A stretch of DNA of 64,000 nt, from NCBI GenBank assembly GCA_028819575.1, contig JAPPLB010000016.1, positions 1,770 to 65,769 of the forward strand, in the 5' to 3' direction. The DNA comes from Bryobacterales bacterium. Lineage in GTDB: Bacteria > Acidobacteriota > Terriglobia > Bryobacterales > UBA6623. Positions 1 to 9,400 of this stretch are shown here, piece by piece; the first letter of the stretch is position 1; the number at the start of each line of letters is the position of its first letter. A model generated the notes under the pieces. It was given only the letters and a program-made list of their open reading frames with translations. It searched no databases and was not told where the DNA came from. A program made the position numbers and the translations under genes.

Positions 1-110
1 CCGGCGGCGCATTCCGCGCCGCGCGCAACACGGCCATTAAGATTTTTCACGAAACACGAATCACAGCTTTTGTCGCCGTTCGGTTCGCCGTGGGTGCGCA
101 AGGGTGGCAC
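1..110 (-). repeat. Partial reverse-orientation copy of the dispersed palindromic MITE-like element, truncated by the window start
   Basis: Positions 43-70 (TTTTTCACGAAACACGAATCAC) are the reverse complement of the CGTGATTCGTGTTTCGTGAA heptamer tract in the copies at 56195 and 63014. Positions 70-110 align loosely to the reverse complement of the left arm and terminal repeat. Confidence 0.6.
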
Positions 111-258
111 AACCAGAAACCGTCGCCAGAACGTTGCAACCGCCGTCCAGTTACGGCTTCTCTTCCCACTATTGCCCACCATGTCCCGGCAAAAAATATT
201 GCCCTGCGCCAGTGTCCTTGCCCCGTCAGCCGTTCCCGGTGGGCCTCGGGACAAGCGC

Positions 259-276
259 CGTTCGCCGCGGCGAACG
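259..276. promoter_or_regulatory. 18-bp perfect palindrome CGTTCGCCG|CGGCGAACG upstream of the SelA-like gene pair (candidate operator or hairpin)
   Basis: Perfect dyad read directly from the sequence, about 130 bp upstream of the ATG at 404. No function is demonstrated. Confidence 0.25.
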
Positions 277-403
277 CCAAATGAAACCATGTCGGGAAAG
301 GGGAACGTTCTATGTTGCGGCCACAGATGCGGAGCCAAGCGTTATCATTGACCTGGACAAAGCGCCGCTCTCGATCGGGACGCGGCCATGAGAGGTACGA
401 AAT

Positions 404-1957
404 ATGTTGCATCCGACGACACGCCGTAGTTGGCTGAAGTCCGGCGCCGGGGCCGCTGCTCTTCTGGGCGCGGCGGGAGCGGAGCCCGCCGTGGCAGAGG
501 CCGCGGACGAACCGTCTCCCGAGGTCTACACGCGGATCGGCGTCAATCCGTTCATCAACTGCACGGCGACAATCACGCGCAACGGCGGCTCTCTTCTGCT
601 GCCCGAGGTCATCGAGGCCGTCGAGCATGCCTCGCACTATCACGTGCGGCTTGCTTCGCTGATCGAAGCGGCCAGCCAGAGGATCTCCGAGCTGCTGGAG
701 GTTCCCTGGGCGATCGTCTGCTCCGGCGCGGCGGCCGGATTGACCCACGCCACGGCCGCCTGCGTCGCCGGAGCCAACCCCGAGTGGCGTCAGAAACTGC
801 CGATGCTCGACGGCATGAGGAACGAGGTGATCATGCCGAAGTGGTCGCGGAATCAATACGACCACTCGATTCGGATGGTGGGCGTGCGCATTGTCGAGGT
901 GGAGACCGTGGCCCAGGCCCGCGACGCCCTCAGTCCGCACACCGCCATGGTGGCGCTGCTGGGCGACCGTTTCGGAAACGATCGCCCCGGCTTGAGGGAC
1001 TTGGCGCCGCTCGCGAAAGAGCGCGGCATCCCTGTTCTGGTCGATGCCGCGCCTGATTTTCCGGTTATCCCCAACCCCTATCTGAAGGACGGAGCGGACC
1101 TCGTCGTCTATAGCGGCGGCAAGATCCTGCGCGGACCGCAAAGCTCGGGCATCCTGCTCGGCCGCGAAGACCTCGTTCGGGCGGCCGGCGTCAACGCTGC
1201 TCCGAACGGTGGTTTCGGGCGGCCGATGAAAGTGAGCAAGGAGGAGATTGTCGGCCTCGTTACGGCGCTGGAAATCTGGGTGAAAGAGCGCGACATCCGG
1301 CGTGAGTATGAGGAGTGGGAAGGCTGGTACAGCCACATCAGCAACGAGGTTCGCCAGGTTGACGGCGTCGAGGCGCGCGTCCAGGGACCGACCCGTGGCG
1401 GCCCCTTCCCGACATTGCGGATCTCCTGGGATACCGGCAAGATCGGCCTCCGCTCTTCCGACGTGCATCGGCGGCTTCTGGATTCCGAGCCGCCGATCAT
1501 GACCTGGGACTATGGCGACTGGAACTTCCTTGTGATTCGTCCGGCGGCGCTCAAGCCCGGTGAGTACAAGATCATCGGGAAGACGGTCCGGTCGATTCTG
1601 GCGGCCGCTCCGAGCGGGGCCGCCCAACGCGCTCCGGAGAAGCCGGCAACCGATGTTTCGGGGCACTGGGATGTCGAGATCGAGTTCTTGCGGGGACGCG
1701 GGAAACACCAGTTGTTCCTCGAAGCGTCGGAGAAAGGCGTCGTCGGCACGCACATCGGTGCTCGCGCGAGGGGAGACCTGAAAGGGGCGGTCGAAAGCAA
1801 CAAGGTCCGTCTCGAAAGCGTCTTGCCGATGGAGGGTTCGCGGTTGCGCTATCGCTTCTCGGGAGTCGTGCAGGGCGGCGAAATGCAAGGGGACTTGGAT
1901 CTGGGTGAGTATCCGCCGGGGCGCTGGGTGGCGCGACGAAGGGAGGCAAGAGCATGA
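404..1957 (+). CDS. Tat-signal SelA/DgaE-like PLP-dependent enzyme with an extra C-terminal domain of about 110 aa
   Basis: The N-terminus TRRSWLKSGAGAAALLGAAG fits the twin-arginine consensus (S/T-R-R-x-F-L-K). DLVVYSGGKILRGPQSSGILLG resembles the SelA PLP-lysine block (FSGDKLLGGPQAGII). Confidence 0.8.
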   Translation: MLHPTTRRSWLKSGAGAAALLGAAGAEPAVAEAADEPSPEVYTRIGVNPFINCTATITRNGGSLLLPEVIEAVEHASHYHVRLASLIEAASQRISELLEVPWAIVCSGAAAGLTHATAACVAGANPEWRQKLPMLDGMRNEVIMPKWSRNQYDHSIRMVGVRIVEVETVAQARDALSPHTAMVALLGDRFGNDRPGLRDLAPLAKERGIPVLVDAAPDFPVIPNPYLKDGADLVVYSGGKILRGPQSSGILLGREDLVRAAGVNAAPNGGFGRPMKVSKEEIVGLVTALEIWVKERDIRREYEEWEGWYSHISNEVRQVDGVEARVQGPTRGGPFPTLRISWDTGKIGLRSSDVHRRLLDSEPPIMTWDYGDWNFLVIRPAALKPGEYKIIGKTVRSILAAAPSGAAQRAPEKPATDVSGHWDVEIEFLRGRGKHQLFLEASEKGVVGTHIGARARGDLKGAVESNKVRLESVLPMEGSRLRYRFSGVVQGGEMQGDLDLGEYPPGRWVARRREARA

Positions 1958-3507
1958 GCGAACAGACGACACGCCGCGGCTGGCTGCAAGCGAGTGGAGC
2001 AGCGAGTGCAGCGGCGCTTCTCAATAGCGCCGGGGCGGCGGCGGTTTCCGAGATCCACGAAGAGCCGCCGAAAGACGTCTACACGCGGCTCGGAGTCGAG
2101 CCCTTCATCAATTGCACGGCCACGGTGACGAGCAATGGCGGTTCGCGGACCTTGCCCGAGGTGATTCAGGCGATCCGCCACGCCTCGCACTACCACGTGA
2201 ATCTCGACGAGCTTCAGGAAGCCGCCGGGAAACGCATCGCGGAGTTGCTGCAGGTCGAGCACGCCATGGTCTCGTCCGGCGCGGCGGCCGCGCTCACGCA
2301 CGCAACGGCGGGCATCGTGGCCGGCACTGACCCGGAACGCATGCAGCAGCTTCCGGACATGACGGGCCTGAAGAACGAGGTCATCATGCCCAAGTCCTCG
2401 CGCAATGGTTACGACTACGCCGTGCGGATGGTCGGCGTGACCACCGTAGAGGTCAGGACGGCGGAGGAACTGAAGGCGGCGATCAACGACCGCACCGCGA
2501 TGGTCGCCATGCTCGGGGACCGTTTCAGCCCCAAGGTCGAGTTGCCCCTCGAGGAAGTTGCGCCGATTGCCAATAAGGCCGGTATCCCCGTCCTCGTCGA
2601 CTCGGCGGCGGATTTTCTGGTCTCCCCCAATCCCTACGTCGCCCAGGGAGCCGACCTCGTCGCCTACAGCGGCGGCAAGATCTCCCGGGGTCCCCAGGGA
2701 GGAGGATTGCTCGTTGGCAACGAAGAGTTGGTTCGCGCCGCGTTCGCGAACGCGGCCCATCACCATGCTTTCGGGCGGCCGATGAAGGTCAGCAAGGAGG
2801 AGATCATCGGCGTCATGACTGCGGTCGAGACGTTCTTCGGGCGCAGAGACCTGCAGCAGGAGTACCGCGAGTGGGAAGGCTGGTACAGGTACATCACCGA
2901 GCAGATCACGAAAGTGGATGGGGTTTCCACGTACGTAGCCGCACCCTCGCGCGGCGGTCCGTTCCCGGTCCTGATGGTGGAATGGGACCCCGCGAAGATC
3001 GGGTTGACGGCCGGCGAGGTCGGCGCGCTGCTGATGAACGGCGCGCCCCGCATCGCGACCCACGCTGCCGGCGGCGGAACCTCGTTCCGTCTGCGGCCGG
3101 TGGCCATGAAGCCTAACGAGTACCAGATGGTGGCCGAGCGGCTGCACTCGGTTTTTCGGAACGCCCCGAAGCCGAGGCCCGCGCCGGCTATGCGTACGCC
3201 CGTCGACGACATTGCGGGCCGCTGGCGCGTCCGTATGGATTTCGGCGTCGGAAGTGCCGAACACGAGCTCTTTCTCGAAGCCGACGGCAGCGAAGTGACG
3301 GGCGCCCACATCGGTACGATCGCGGAAGGAAGAGTTCGCGGAACCCTGGATGGCGACAAGGTGCGCTTGAGCAGCGCCTTGCCTTTCGAGAGCGTCACTC
3401 TCGGATATCGCTTTGAAGGCGCCCTCAGGGGAGACCGCATGGGAGGGTTGTTGAATCCGGGCGCGCTCCCGGTCGCTACCTGGGAGGCGCGGCGCCACAA
3501 GTATTGA
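1954..3507 (+). CDS. Tat-signal SelA/DgaE-like PLP-dependent enzyme, tandem paralog of 404..1957
   Basis: Same length (517 aa) and collinear with the upstream gene. It has TRRGWLQAS and DLVAYSGGKISRGPQGGGLLVG, and its start overlaps the upstream stop as ATGA. Confidence 0.8.
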   Translation: MSEQTTRRGWLQASGAASAAALLNSAGAAAVSEIHEEPPKDVYTRLGVEPFINCTATVTSNGGSRTLPEVIQAIRHASHYHVNLDELQEAAGKRIAELLQVEHAMVSSGAAAALTHATAGIVAGTDPERMQQLPDMTGLKNEVIMPKSSRNGYDYAVRMVGVTTVEVRTAEELKAAINDRTAMVAMLGDRFSPKVELPLEEVAPIANKAGIPVLVDSAADFLVSPNPYVAQGADLVAYSGGKISRGPQGGGLLVGNEELVRAAFANAAHHHAFGRPMKVSKEEIIGVMTAVETFFGRRDLQQEYREWEGWYRYITEQITKVDGVSTYVAAPSRGGPFPVLMVEWDPAKIGLTAGEVGALLMNGAPRIATHAAGGGTSFRLRPVAMKPNEYQMVAERLHSVFRNAPKPRPAPAMRTPVDDIAGRWRVRMDFGVGSAEHELFLEADGSEVTGAHIGTIAEGRVRGTLDGDKVRLSSALPFESVTLGYRFEGALRGDRMGGLLNPGALPVATWEARRHKY

Positions 3508-3530
3508 TTCGGTGCTTCAGCGCAACCGCG

Positions 3531-4919
3531 CTACTCGGCGATGCCGCCCTCGGTCATCTTGCGGGGGTCGAGCAGGCGGTTGAGGTCGGCGGCGGTGAGG
3601 TCCGTCTGCTCCAGTGCGACCTCCTTGAGCTTGCGGCCTTCGCGGTAGGCCTGCTTGGCGACCGCCGCGCCTTTCTCGTATCCGATCACGGGGTTGAGCG
3701 CGGTAACGAGGATCGGGTTCTTCTCGACCAGGTCGGCGATGCGCTCTTCGTTGACTTCGAAGCCCGCGATGGCCTTGTTGGCGAGCAGGCGTGACACGTT
3801 CCCGAGAAGACGCGCGCTTTCGAGGATGTTGTAGGCAATCACCGGAAGCATCACGTTCAACTGGAAACTGCCGGACTGCCCGGCGATCGTGATCGTGGCG
3901 TCGTTGCCGATGACCTGCGCGCAGACCATCGCGGCGGCTTCGGGAATGACCGGATTGACCTTGCCGGGCATGATGCTGCTTCCGGGCTGCAGCGAGGGCA
4001 GCGCGATGTCGGCGACCCCGGCCTGCGGTCCGCTGTTCATCCAGCGCAGGTCGTTCGCGATCTTCATGACGGCCACGGCGCAGGCTTTGATTTGGCCGCT
4101 CAGCTCGACGATCGCGTCCTGGCTTGCCAGGCTCATGAAGTAGTTGCGGCTGCTGAGAAACGGCAGGCCGGTGAGCGCGGCAAGGCGCTTGGCGACGCGC
4201 GGACCGAACTCGGGATGCGCGTTCACCCCGGTGCCGATCGCCGTGCCGCCCAGCGCCAGCGCCGAGACTCGCGGCAGCGAAGAGCGGATGCGGGCGGCGG
4301 ACTGATCCACCTGTGCGCTCCAGCCGCTCAGCTCTTGGCTGAGGCGAATCGGCAGGGCATCCATCAGGTGTGTGCGTCCGGTCTTGACAACCTCATCGAG
4401 TGTCTCCGCCTTGGCGTTGATCGTGTCCCGCAGGTGCTCCAGGCCGGGCAGCAGCGTTGCGGCCGATTCGAGATATGCACTGACGTGAATGGCGGTGGGG
4501 ATCACGTCGTTGCTGCTTTGACTCATGTTGACGTGGTCGTTCGGATGGACCTTGCTGCCCAGTTTTTCCGTCGCCAGCGTCGCAATGACCTCGTTGGCGT
4601 TCATGTTCGTGCTGGTGCCCGAACCGGTTTGGAAGATATCGAGAGGGAATTGGTCGTCGTGGCGGCCGTTGGCGACTTCGTTCGCGGCGTCTTCAATGGC
4701 CCGCGCCATGTCGGCGGGCATCGACCCCAGGTCGTGGTTCACCGCCGCCGCCGAACCCTTGACGAGCCCGAGCGCGCGGAGGAAGGTGCGGGGGAAACGC
4801 AGGCTGCTGACGGGGAAATTGTTGACGGCGCGCTGCGTTTGCGCCGAGTAGAGGGCGTCTGCCGGAACTTGCACTTCGCCCATGCTGTCTTTTTCGATGC
4901 GGTAGGTGATGTCGTCCAT
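3531..4919 (-). CDS. fumC: Class II fumarate hydratase (fumarase/aspartase family)
   Basis: GSSIMPGKVNP signature, FQTGSGTSTNMN, SQSSNDV and YSAQTQR all match the FumC pattern better than AspA. A few positions after the signature (PVIPE, QLNVM) look AspA-like. Confidence 0.8.
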   Translation of the reverse strand: MDDITYRIEKDSMGEVQVPADALYSAQTQRAVNNFPVSSLRFPRTFLRALGLVKGSAAAVNHDLGSMPADMARAIEDAANEVANGRHDDQFPLDIFQTGSGTSTNMNANEVIATLATEKLGSKVHPNDHVNMSQSSNDVIPTAIHVSAYLESAATLLPGLEHLRDTINAKAETLDEVVKTGRTHLMDALPIRLSQELSGWSAQVDQSAARIRSSLPRVSALALGGTAIGTGVNAHPEFGPRVAKRLAALTGLPFLSSRNYFMSLASQDAIVELSGQIKACAVAVMKIANDLRWMNSGPQAGVADIALPSLQPGSSIMPGKVNPVIPEAAAMVCAQVIGNDATITIAGQSGSFQLNVMLPVIAYNILESARLLGNVSRLLANKAIAGFEVNEERIADLVEKNPILVTALNPVIGYEKGAAVAKQAYREGRKLKEVALEQTDLTAADLNRLLDPRKMTEGGIAE

Positions 4920-5055
4920 AAGTTCTTATTATCGGGCTTCTCGGGTGCGATGCGATTTGGACGCGCAGCGACTCGATTTCAAGCACGCCGCCGCCCTCCC
5001 CGGCCTATTCCTCGGAAATTGTTGCCGGCAGCCTCTCCGTGCTAGATTGATCGCG

Positions 5056-5385
5056 ATGAGCATTATGGTCACCGAGGTCTACGAAGCCCTCGTCAGTGCA
5101 GGTGCCGACGAGGACAAGGCCAAGGCCGCCGCTGCCGCCATCCCCGTCGGGGAAAGGATCGCCACCAAGCAGGACATCGGCGGCGTGAGCAAGGAAATAG
5201 CCGATGCGAAGGCCGAGTCGAAGCAGGACATCGCCGGCGTGAGGAAGGAAATAGCCGATGTGAAGGCCGAGTTGAAACAGGACATCGCCGAGTTGAAGCA
5301 GGACATCGCGGTCCTCAAGTTCGCGGTCTTCACTTTTGGCCCTGTCATCATCGGCCTTCTGATCAAGCTCGTCTTTTTTCCCTGA
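5056..5385 (+). CDS. Small coiled-coil protein with a C-terminal TM helix (DUF1640-like)
   Basis: Repeated KQDIAGV-KEIAD-KAE units are followed by the hydrophobic tail FAVFTFGPVIIGLLIKLVFF. The start was chosen at an internal ATG of track ORF 4906..5385, and no strong RBS is present. Confidence 0.55.
   Translation: MSIMVTEVYEALVSAGADEDKAKAAAAAIPVGERIATKQDIGGVSKEIADAKAESKQDIAGVRKEIADVKAELKQDIAELKQDIAVLKFAVFTFGPVIIGLLIKLVFFP
5167..5316 (+). repeat. In-frame tandem repeat: two 54-bp units (5167-5220, 5221-5274) plus two 21-bp partial units
   Basis: AAGCAGGACATCG(G/C)CGGCGTGAG(C/G)AAGGAAATAGCCGATG(C/T)GAAGGCCGAGT(C/T)G occurs twice. It is followed by AAACAGGACATCGCCGAGTTG and AAGCAGGACATCGCGGTCCTC. 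Confidence 0.9.
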
Positions 5386-5582
5386 CCTGCCGTTCTCATC
5401 ACCTGACGGTCGAAGCACGCGATAAAGACCGCCATCACTTCTTTGCGCATGCTTGCCGTGCTCGATGCAGGTTCAATTACACCTCCGTGCCCAGCGGCTC
5501 GCGCCTCGGCATGACGGACCTCTCACGCCTGCCTGCAGCCGGCAGGCGCTTCGCCTCCCCGCTTGGTAAAAAAGCGATAGAG
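5386..5582 (+). repeat. Decayed copy of the palindromic MITE-like element
   Basis: The left end CCTGCCGTTCTCATCACCTGACGGTCGAAGCACGCGATAAAGACCGCCAT aligns to the copy at 29859. The right end CTTCGCCTCCCCGCTTGGTAAAAAAGCGATAGA is a degenerate version of CTTCGCCTCGCCACGTGGTGAGAAATGCAGG. The copy fills the whole gap between two convergent genes. Confidence 0.7.
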
Positions 5583-5587
5583 GATTT

Positions 5588-6160
5588 CTAATCACCCGAG
5601 CCGGGGTCTGTCTTGACGGGAGCCTCGGGTTTGGCGGTGGCCCAGGTGTCGCGGACGCGGGTGAAGCCGTCGAAGAAAGAGGCCCGAAGGTCATGGGGGG
5701 CCAGTGAGGCCATCCAGCGGGCGCTGTTGAGAACGACCGGTGCGATGCGCGACTTCGCGATCGCTTCCTGGGAACCCGTCAGCGGTGAGAACGCTATGAC
5801 CCCCAGCACGATGGCGGTCGCCAGGATTAGGCCGCGCACCAGGCCGAAAGCTCCTCCGAGCAGGCGGTCGAACCATCGCAGCCCGGACCAGCGAAGGGCT
5901 GTCGCCAGTAGCCACGCGGTCATGCCGCCGGCGACCAGCGAGCCGATGACGATCGCGCCGAACGCGGCGAACGACGCCAGTGATTCGTCCCCGATAAAAG
6001 GTTCGAGATGGGGCGCGAGACCGGAGTACCACCACATGCCGCCGAAGATGCCGATGAGCAGCGCGATGATGCGGATCACTTCACGGCTGATGCCGTTCCA
6101 GAGAGCGCCGGCGAACGAGAACAGCAGGATGACCGCAAGCACAATGTCTAACCAGTTCAT
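5588..6160 (-). CDS. cvpA: CvpA family membrane protein
   Basis: The N-terminus MNWLDIVLAVILLFSFAGALWNGISREV and four predicted TM segments are typical of colicin V production protein family members. Confidence 0.8.
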   Translation of the reverse strand: MNWLDIVLAVILLFSFAGALWNGISREVIRIIALLIGIFGGMWWYSGLAPHLEPFIGDESLASFAAFGAIVIGSLVAGGMTAWLLATALRWSGLRWFDRLLGGAFGLVRGLILATAIVLGVIAFSPLTGSQEAIAKSRIAPVVLNSARWMASLAPHDLRASFFDGFTRVRDTWATAKPEAPVKTDPGSGD

Positions 6161-6470
6161 GGCTAGCTCCGAGGGAGTTGGTCGCGCCGCTTGCGGGAGG
6201 CGCCGCGCAGTTGATACCCCAGTATATCAATGACGCCGACAAGTCCCGGCTCCGCTCCCGTCAAGTGCGCTCGCGTTCGCGGCCGCTCTTCATCAAGCTC
6301 TCGGCAGAGAGTAGATCACACTTTTTTCAATCGGCCTGTCCGGTTTCCGTTTCTTGTACGTCGTTAATAAGTGATGGTGTATTTTCGCTAACCACTGGCG
6401 GTCACACGTTCCAACGCTTGCCGCTTGGACGCGGACAGTCTACAAGATCATCGGAACGAGAGATTCGGAT

Positions 6471-9400
6471 ATGAACCATTCCCCCGGCAGGATGAGTTGC
6501 ATGGCGTCGATGGCGCTGCACGGCTCTGGGATTTTGTTTCTCCTGACATGTGTGCTGCTGTCGGAATCAGCTCAGGCCCAACGGATCGGTCCGCTGGTTC
6601 GGGACAACCAACAGCGGTCGAAGGCATTGTCGGCCGAGCGTGAGGAGGCGCTCCGGCCGCCCAGCCTGCAACTGAGCCTTCCGTCACCGGCCGAGGTTGC
6701 TCTCCCGCCGTTGGGTCCCGACGATCTTCAGCGTTTGCAGCCGCAACGCGGCCGGCCTCCCGTCATCGGCGTCCACCGCCGCTTGCCGCAGGGGGCGCTC
6801 AAGCTGAGCCTCTCCGCAGGAGGCGTCAAGTCGACCGCCGAGGGAGCGTGGCAGTCGACCGGGGACGGACGCCTCTGGCGCCTGAAGTTGACCTCTCCCA
6901 GCGCCCGCGCCATGCGCGTTCACTTTCGGGACTTCGCCATCGGGTCGGGCCGTCTCTGGCTCCATTCCGAGGACGGGCAGGCCGTCGGACCCTATGCCGG
7001 CTCGGGCCGGTACGGCGACGGAGACTTCTGGAGCGGCGTCGTCTTCGGCGACAGCCTGACGATCGAGTACCTTCCCGATCCGGCGGCGGGAGAGGCCGTA
7101 CCGTTCCAGATCGTGGCCATCAGCCATATCTGGGGAGATGTTTTGAAAGACGGCGCGGAGGACGGCGGCCAATGGCCGAAGGCGGCCCGGGAGGGCTCGG
7201 ACCGACCGGGAGGGTCCAAGCTGGTGCCCGGCCCCATCGGCCTTGCGGTGGGAACGCCGTCGAGGAAGGCGCGGCTGACAAAGTCGACAATGGCGGCAAT
7301 CCAGTCGGTCAAGCGGTCTGCGTCCCTGCAACAGCCGCGCCCGAAGGCGGCAAGGCCGCTCACGTCCGGACGGCCTGTCACCTTCAGCCGGGGGCCGGTT
7401 GACTCCCCGACGCTGTTCCACGGGGATTTTTCATATCAGTTGGAAGTTCCCGATGACGCCACCCGAGTAACCTTCACGCTGGAATCCGATGCCGACGTGG
7501 CGCTGCTGGTCCGCTATGGCGAGGACAACGACATTCAGGACGGAATGCCTGTCTACGACTATGCCGCCGACGAGGTGTTCGAGGGCACCGAAGAGATTGA
7601 AATTGACCCCCAATCCGACCCGCCGCTTCAAGCCGGAACCTACTTCGTATCGGTAGGGGTCCTTGCTACGGGCGTCGAGGTCAACTGCACGCTCACGGCG
7701 GAAGTGGAACGCGAAGGAGGGACTCCGCCGCCGCCAAGCGGCCGCGCGCTCACACCCGGGCAGCCTGTCAGCTTCCAACGGGGGCCGGTCGACAACTCGA
7801 CGCTCTTCGTGGGGCCTAACTCTTTTCTGTTGGAAGTTCCCGAGGATGCCACCAGCGTAACCTTCACTCTGGAATCCGATGCCGACGTGGAGTTGTTGGT
7901 GCGATTTGGAGAGGACAACGACGTTGAGGACGGGAGGCTTGCCACGGACCACCGGCACCGGAACCGCACGGGCAATGAACGGATTGTCATTACTTCCCAA
8001 TCCGACCCGCCGCTTCGAGCCGGCACCTACTTCGTATCGATAGCAGTCTATGCTACGGGCGTCGTCGTCAATTGTACGCTCACGGCGGAAGTGGAACGCG
8101 AGGCTCCACCGCCGATCAGCGGCGGCACTCTCACACCCGGACAGCCCGCCGACTTCCGCCTGGGGCCGGTTGACTCCCCGACGCTCTTCACCGGGGGCCA
8201 CTCGTTCCGGTTCGAGGCTCCCGAGAACGCCACCCGCATCACCTTCACGCTGGAATCCGTCGATCCCGATGTCGATGTGGATCTCTATGTCCGTTTCGGT
8301 GAGGACAACACCGTCCAGGATGGGAAACCGGTCTCTGACCACTTCTCCAGGGGCTTCACCGGCAATGAACGGATCGGCATCACCCGCCGCTCTGACCCGC
8401 CGCTTCAAGCCGGCACCTACTTCTTATCGATATTGGTCTTTGATGAGGGCGTCGTCGCCGAGGGCACGCTCACGGCGACGGTCGAGACGGACGCCGAGGA
8501 CTGTCACCTTGACGCGACTTGCTACCCCGAATGGTCGAGTTCCTCAACGGGAGTCGCACTGATTGTCATTGAGTCGAATGGGAGCAGTTCCGCCTGCTCG
8601 GGCACGCTGCTGAACAACCGCCGGCAGGACAGCACGCCCTACTTTCTCACCGCCGCCCACTGCGTGCAAACCGATCAGGAAGCGCGGAGCGTGATCGCCT
8701 TCTGGTCATACCAGACACGAACCTGCAACGGAGACCATCCGGATTTGCGGAGCGTCCCGCGGACCGAGGGAGCGGGCCTGCTCTCGGTCTTGGGCGGCGC
8801 AGGTTATCCCGAGGGTGATATCACGCTGCTGCAACTCGAAGGCGATTTGCCGGACGGCACCGTGTTCCAGGGATGGGACGCGGCCCCCCAACCCGTCGAC
8901 TCCCAGGTCACCGGCATTCATCATCCCGCGAGCGCTGATTGGGGCCGATTCAAGCGGATTTCCTTCGGGCAGATCATTTCCGAATCGGCCTATGGAACTT
9001 CCGACGATACCTACTTCAACGTCTCCTACCCCGTGGGACAAGGCTACACGGAGCCGGGCTCTTCCGGGTCCGCCGTCTTCAGCAACTCTGAAACCGTGGT
9101 AGGGGCGCTGAGCGGCGGAGACATTGTCGGGTATGCCTGCCCGACCGAGCCCGTTGTTGACTACTTCACGCACTTTTCGGCTCTTTATCCCCATATCCGG
9201 CCCTTCATCGACAGCACCTTGCCGGAGATCAGCGGCGGCGCGCTCGCGCCCAGGCAGCCCGCCACCTTCCGCCTGGGACCGGTCGACTCCCCGATGCTGT
9301 TCTCCGGAGATTCTTCCTTCCAGGTTGAGGTTCCCGAGGGCGCCTCTCGCGTAACCTTCACGCTGGAATCCGTCGATCCTGATGTCAACGTGGATTTGTA

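Noticed and set aside
47-1972. Very long antisense or overlapping ORFs. Examples: 47..1972(-), 1849..3498(-), 4092..5045(+), 13166..14629(-), 35002..37059(+), 44286..46274(-), 50805..52031(+), 53411..54604(-), 54635..55663(-) and 59095..60186(+). The ORFs antisense to each amidohydrolase gene belong here too.
   Set aside because: Their translations are Arg/Pro/Gly/Ala-rich low-complexity strings with no motifs. Each lies opposite an ORF with clear family signatures. This is typical stop-codon depletion in GC-rich DNA.
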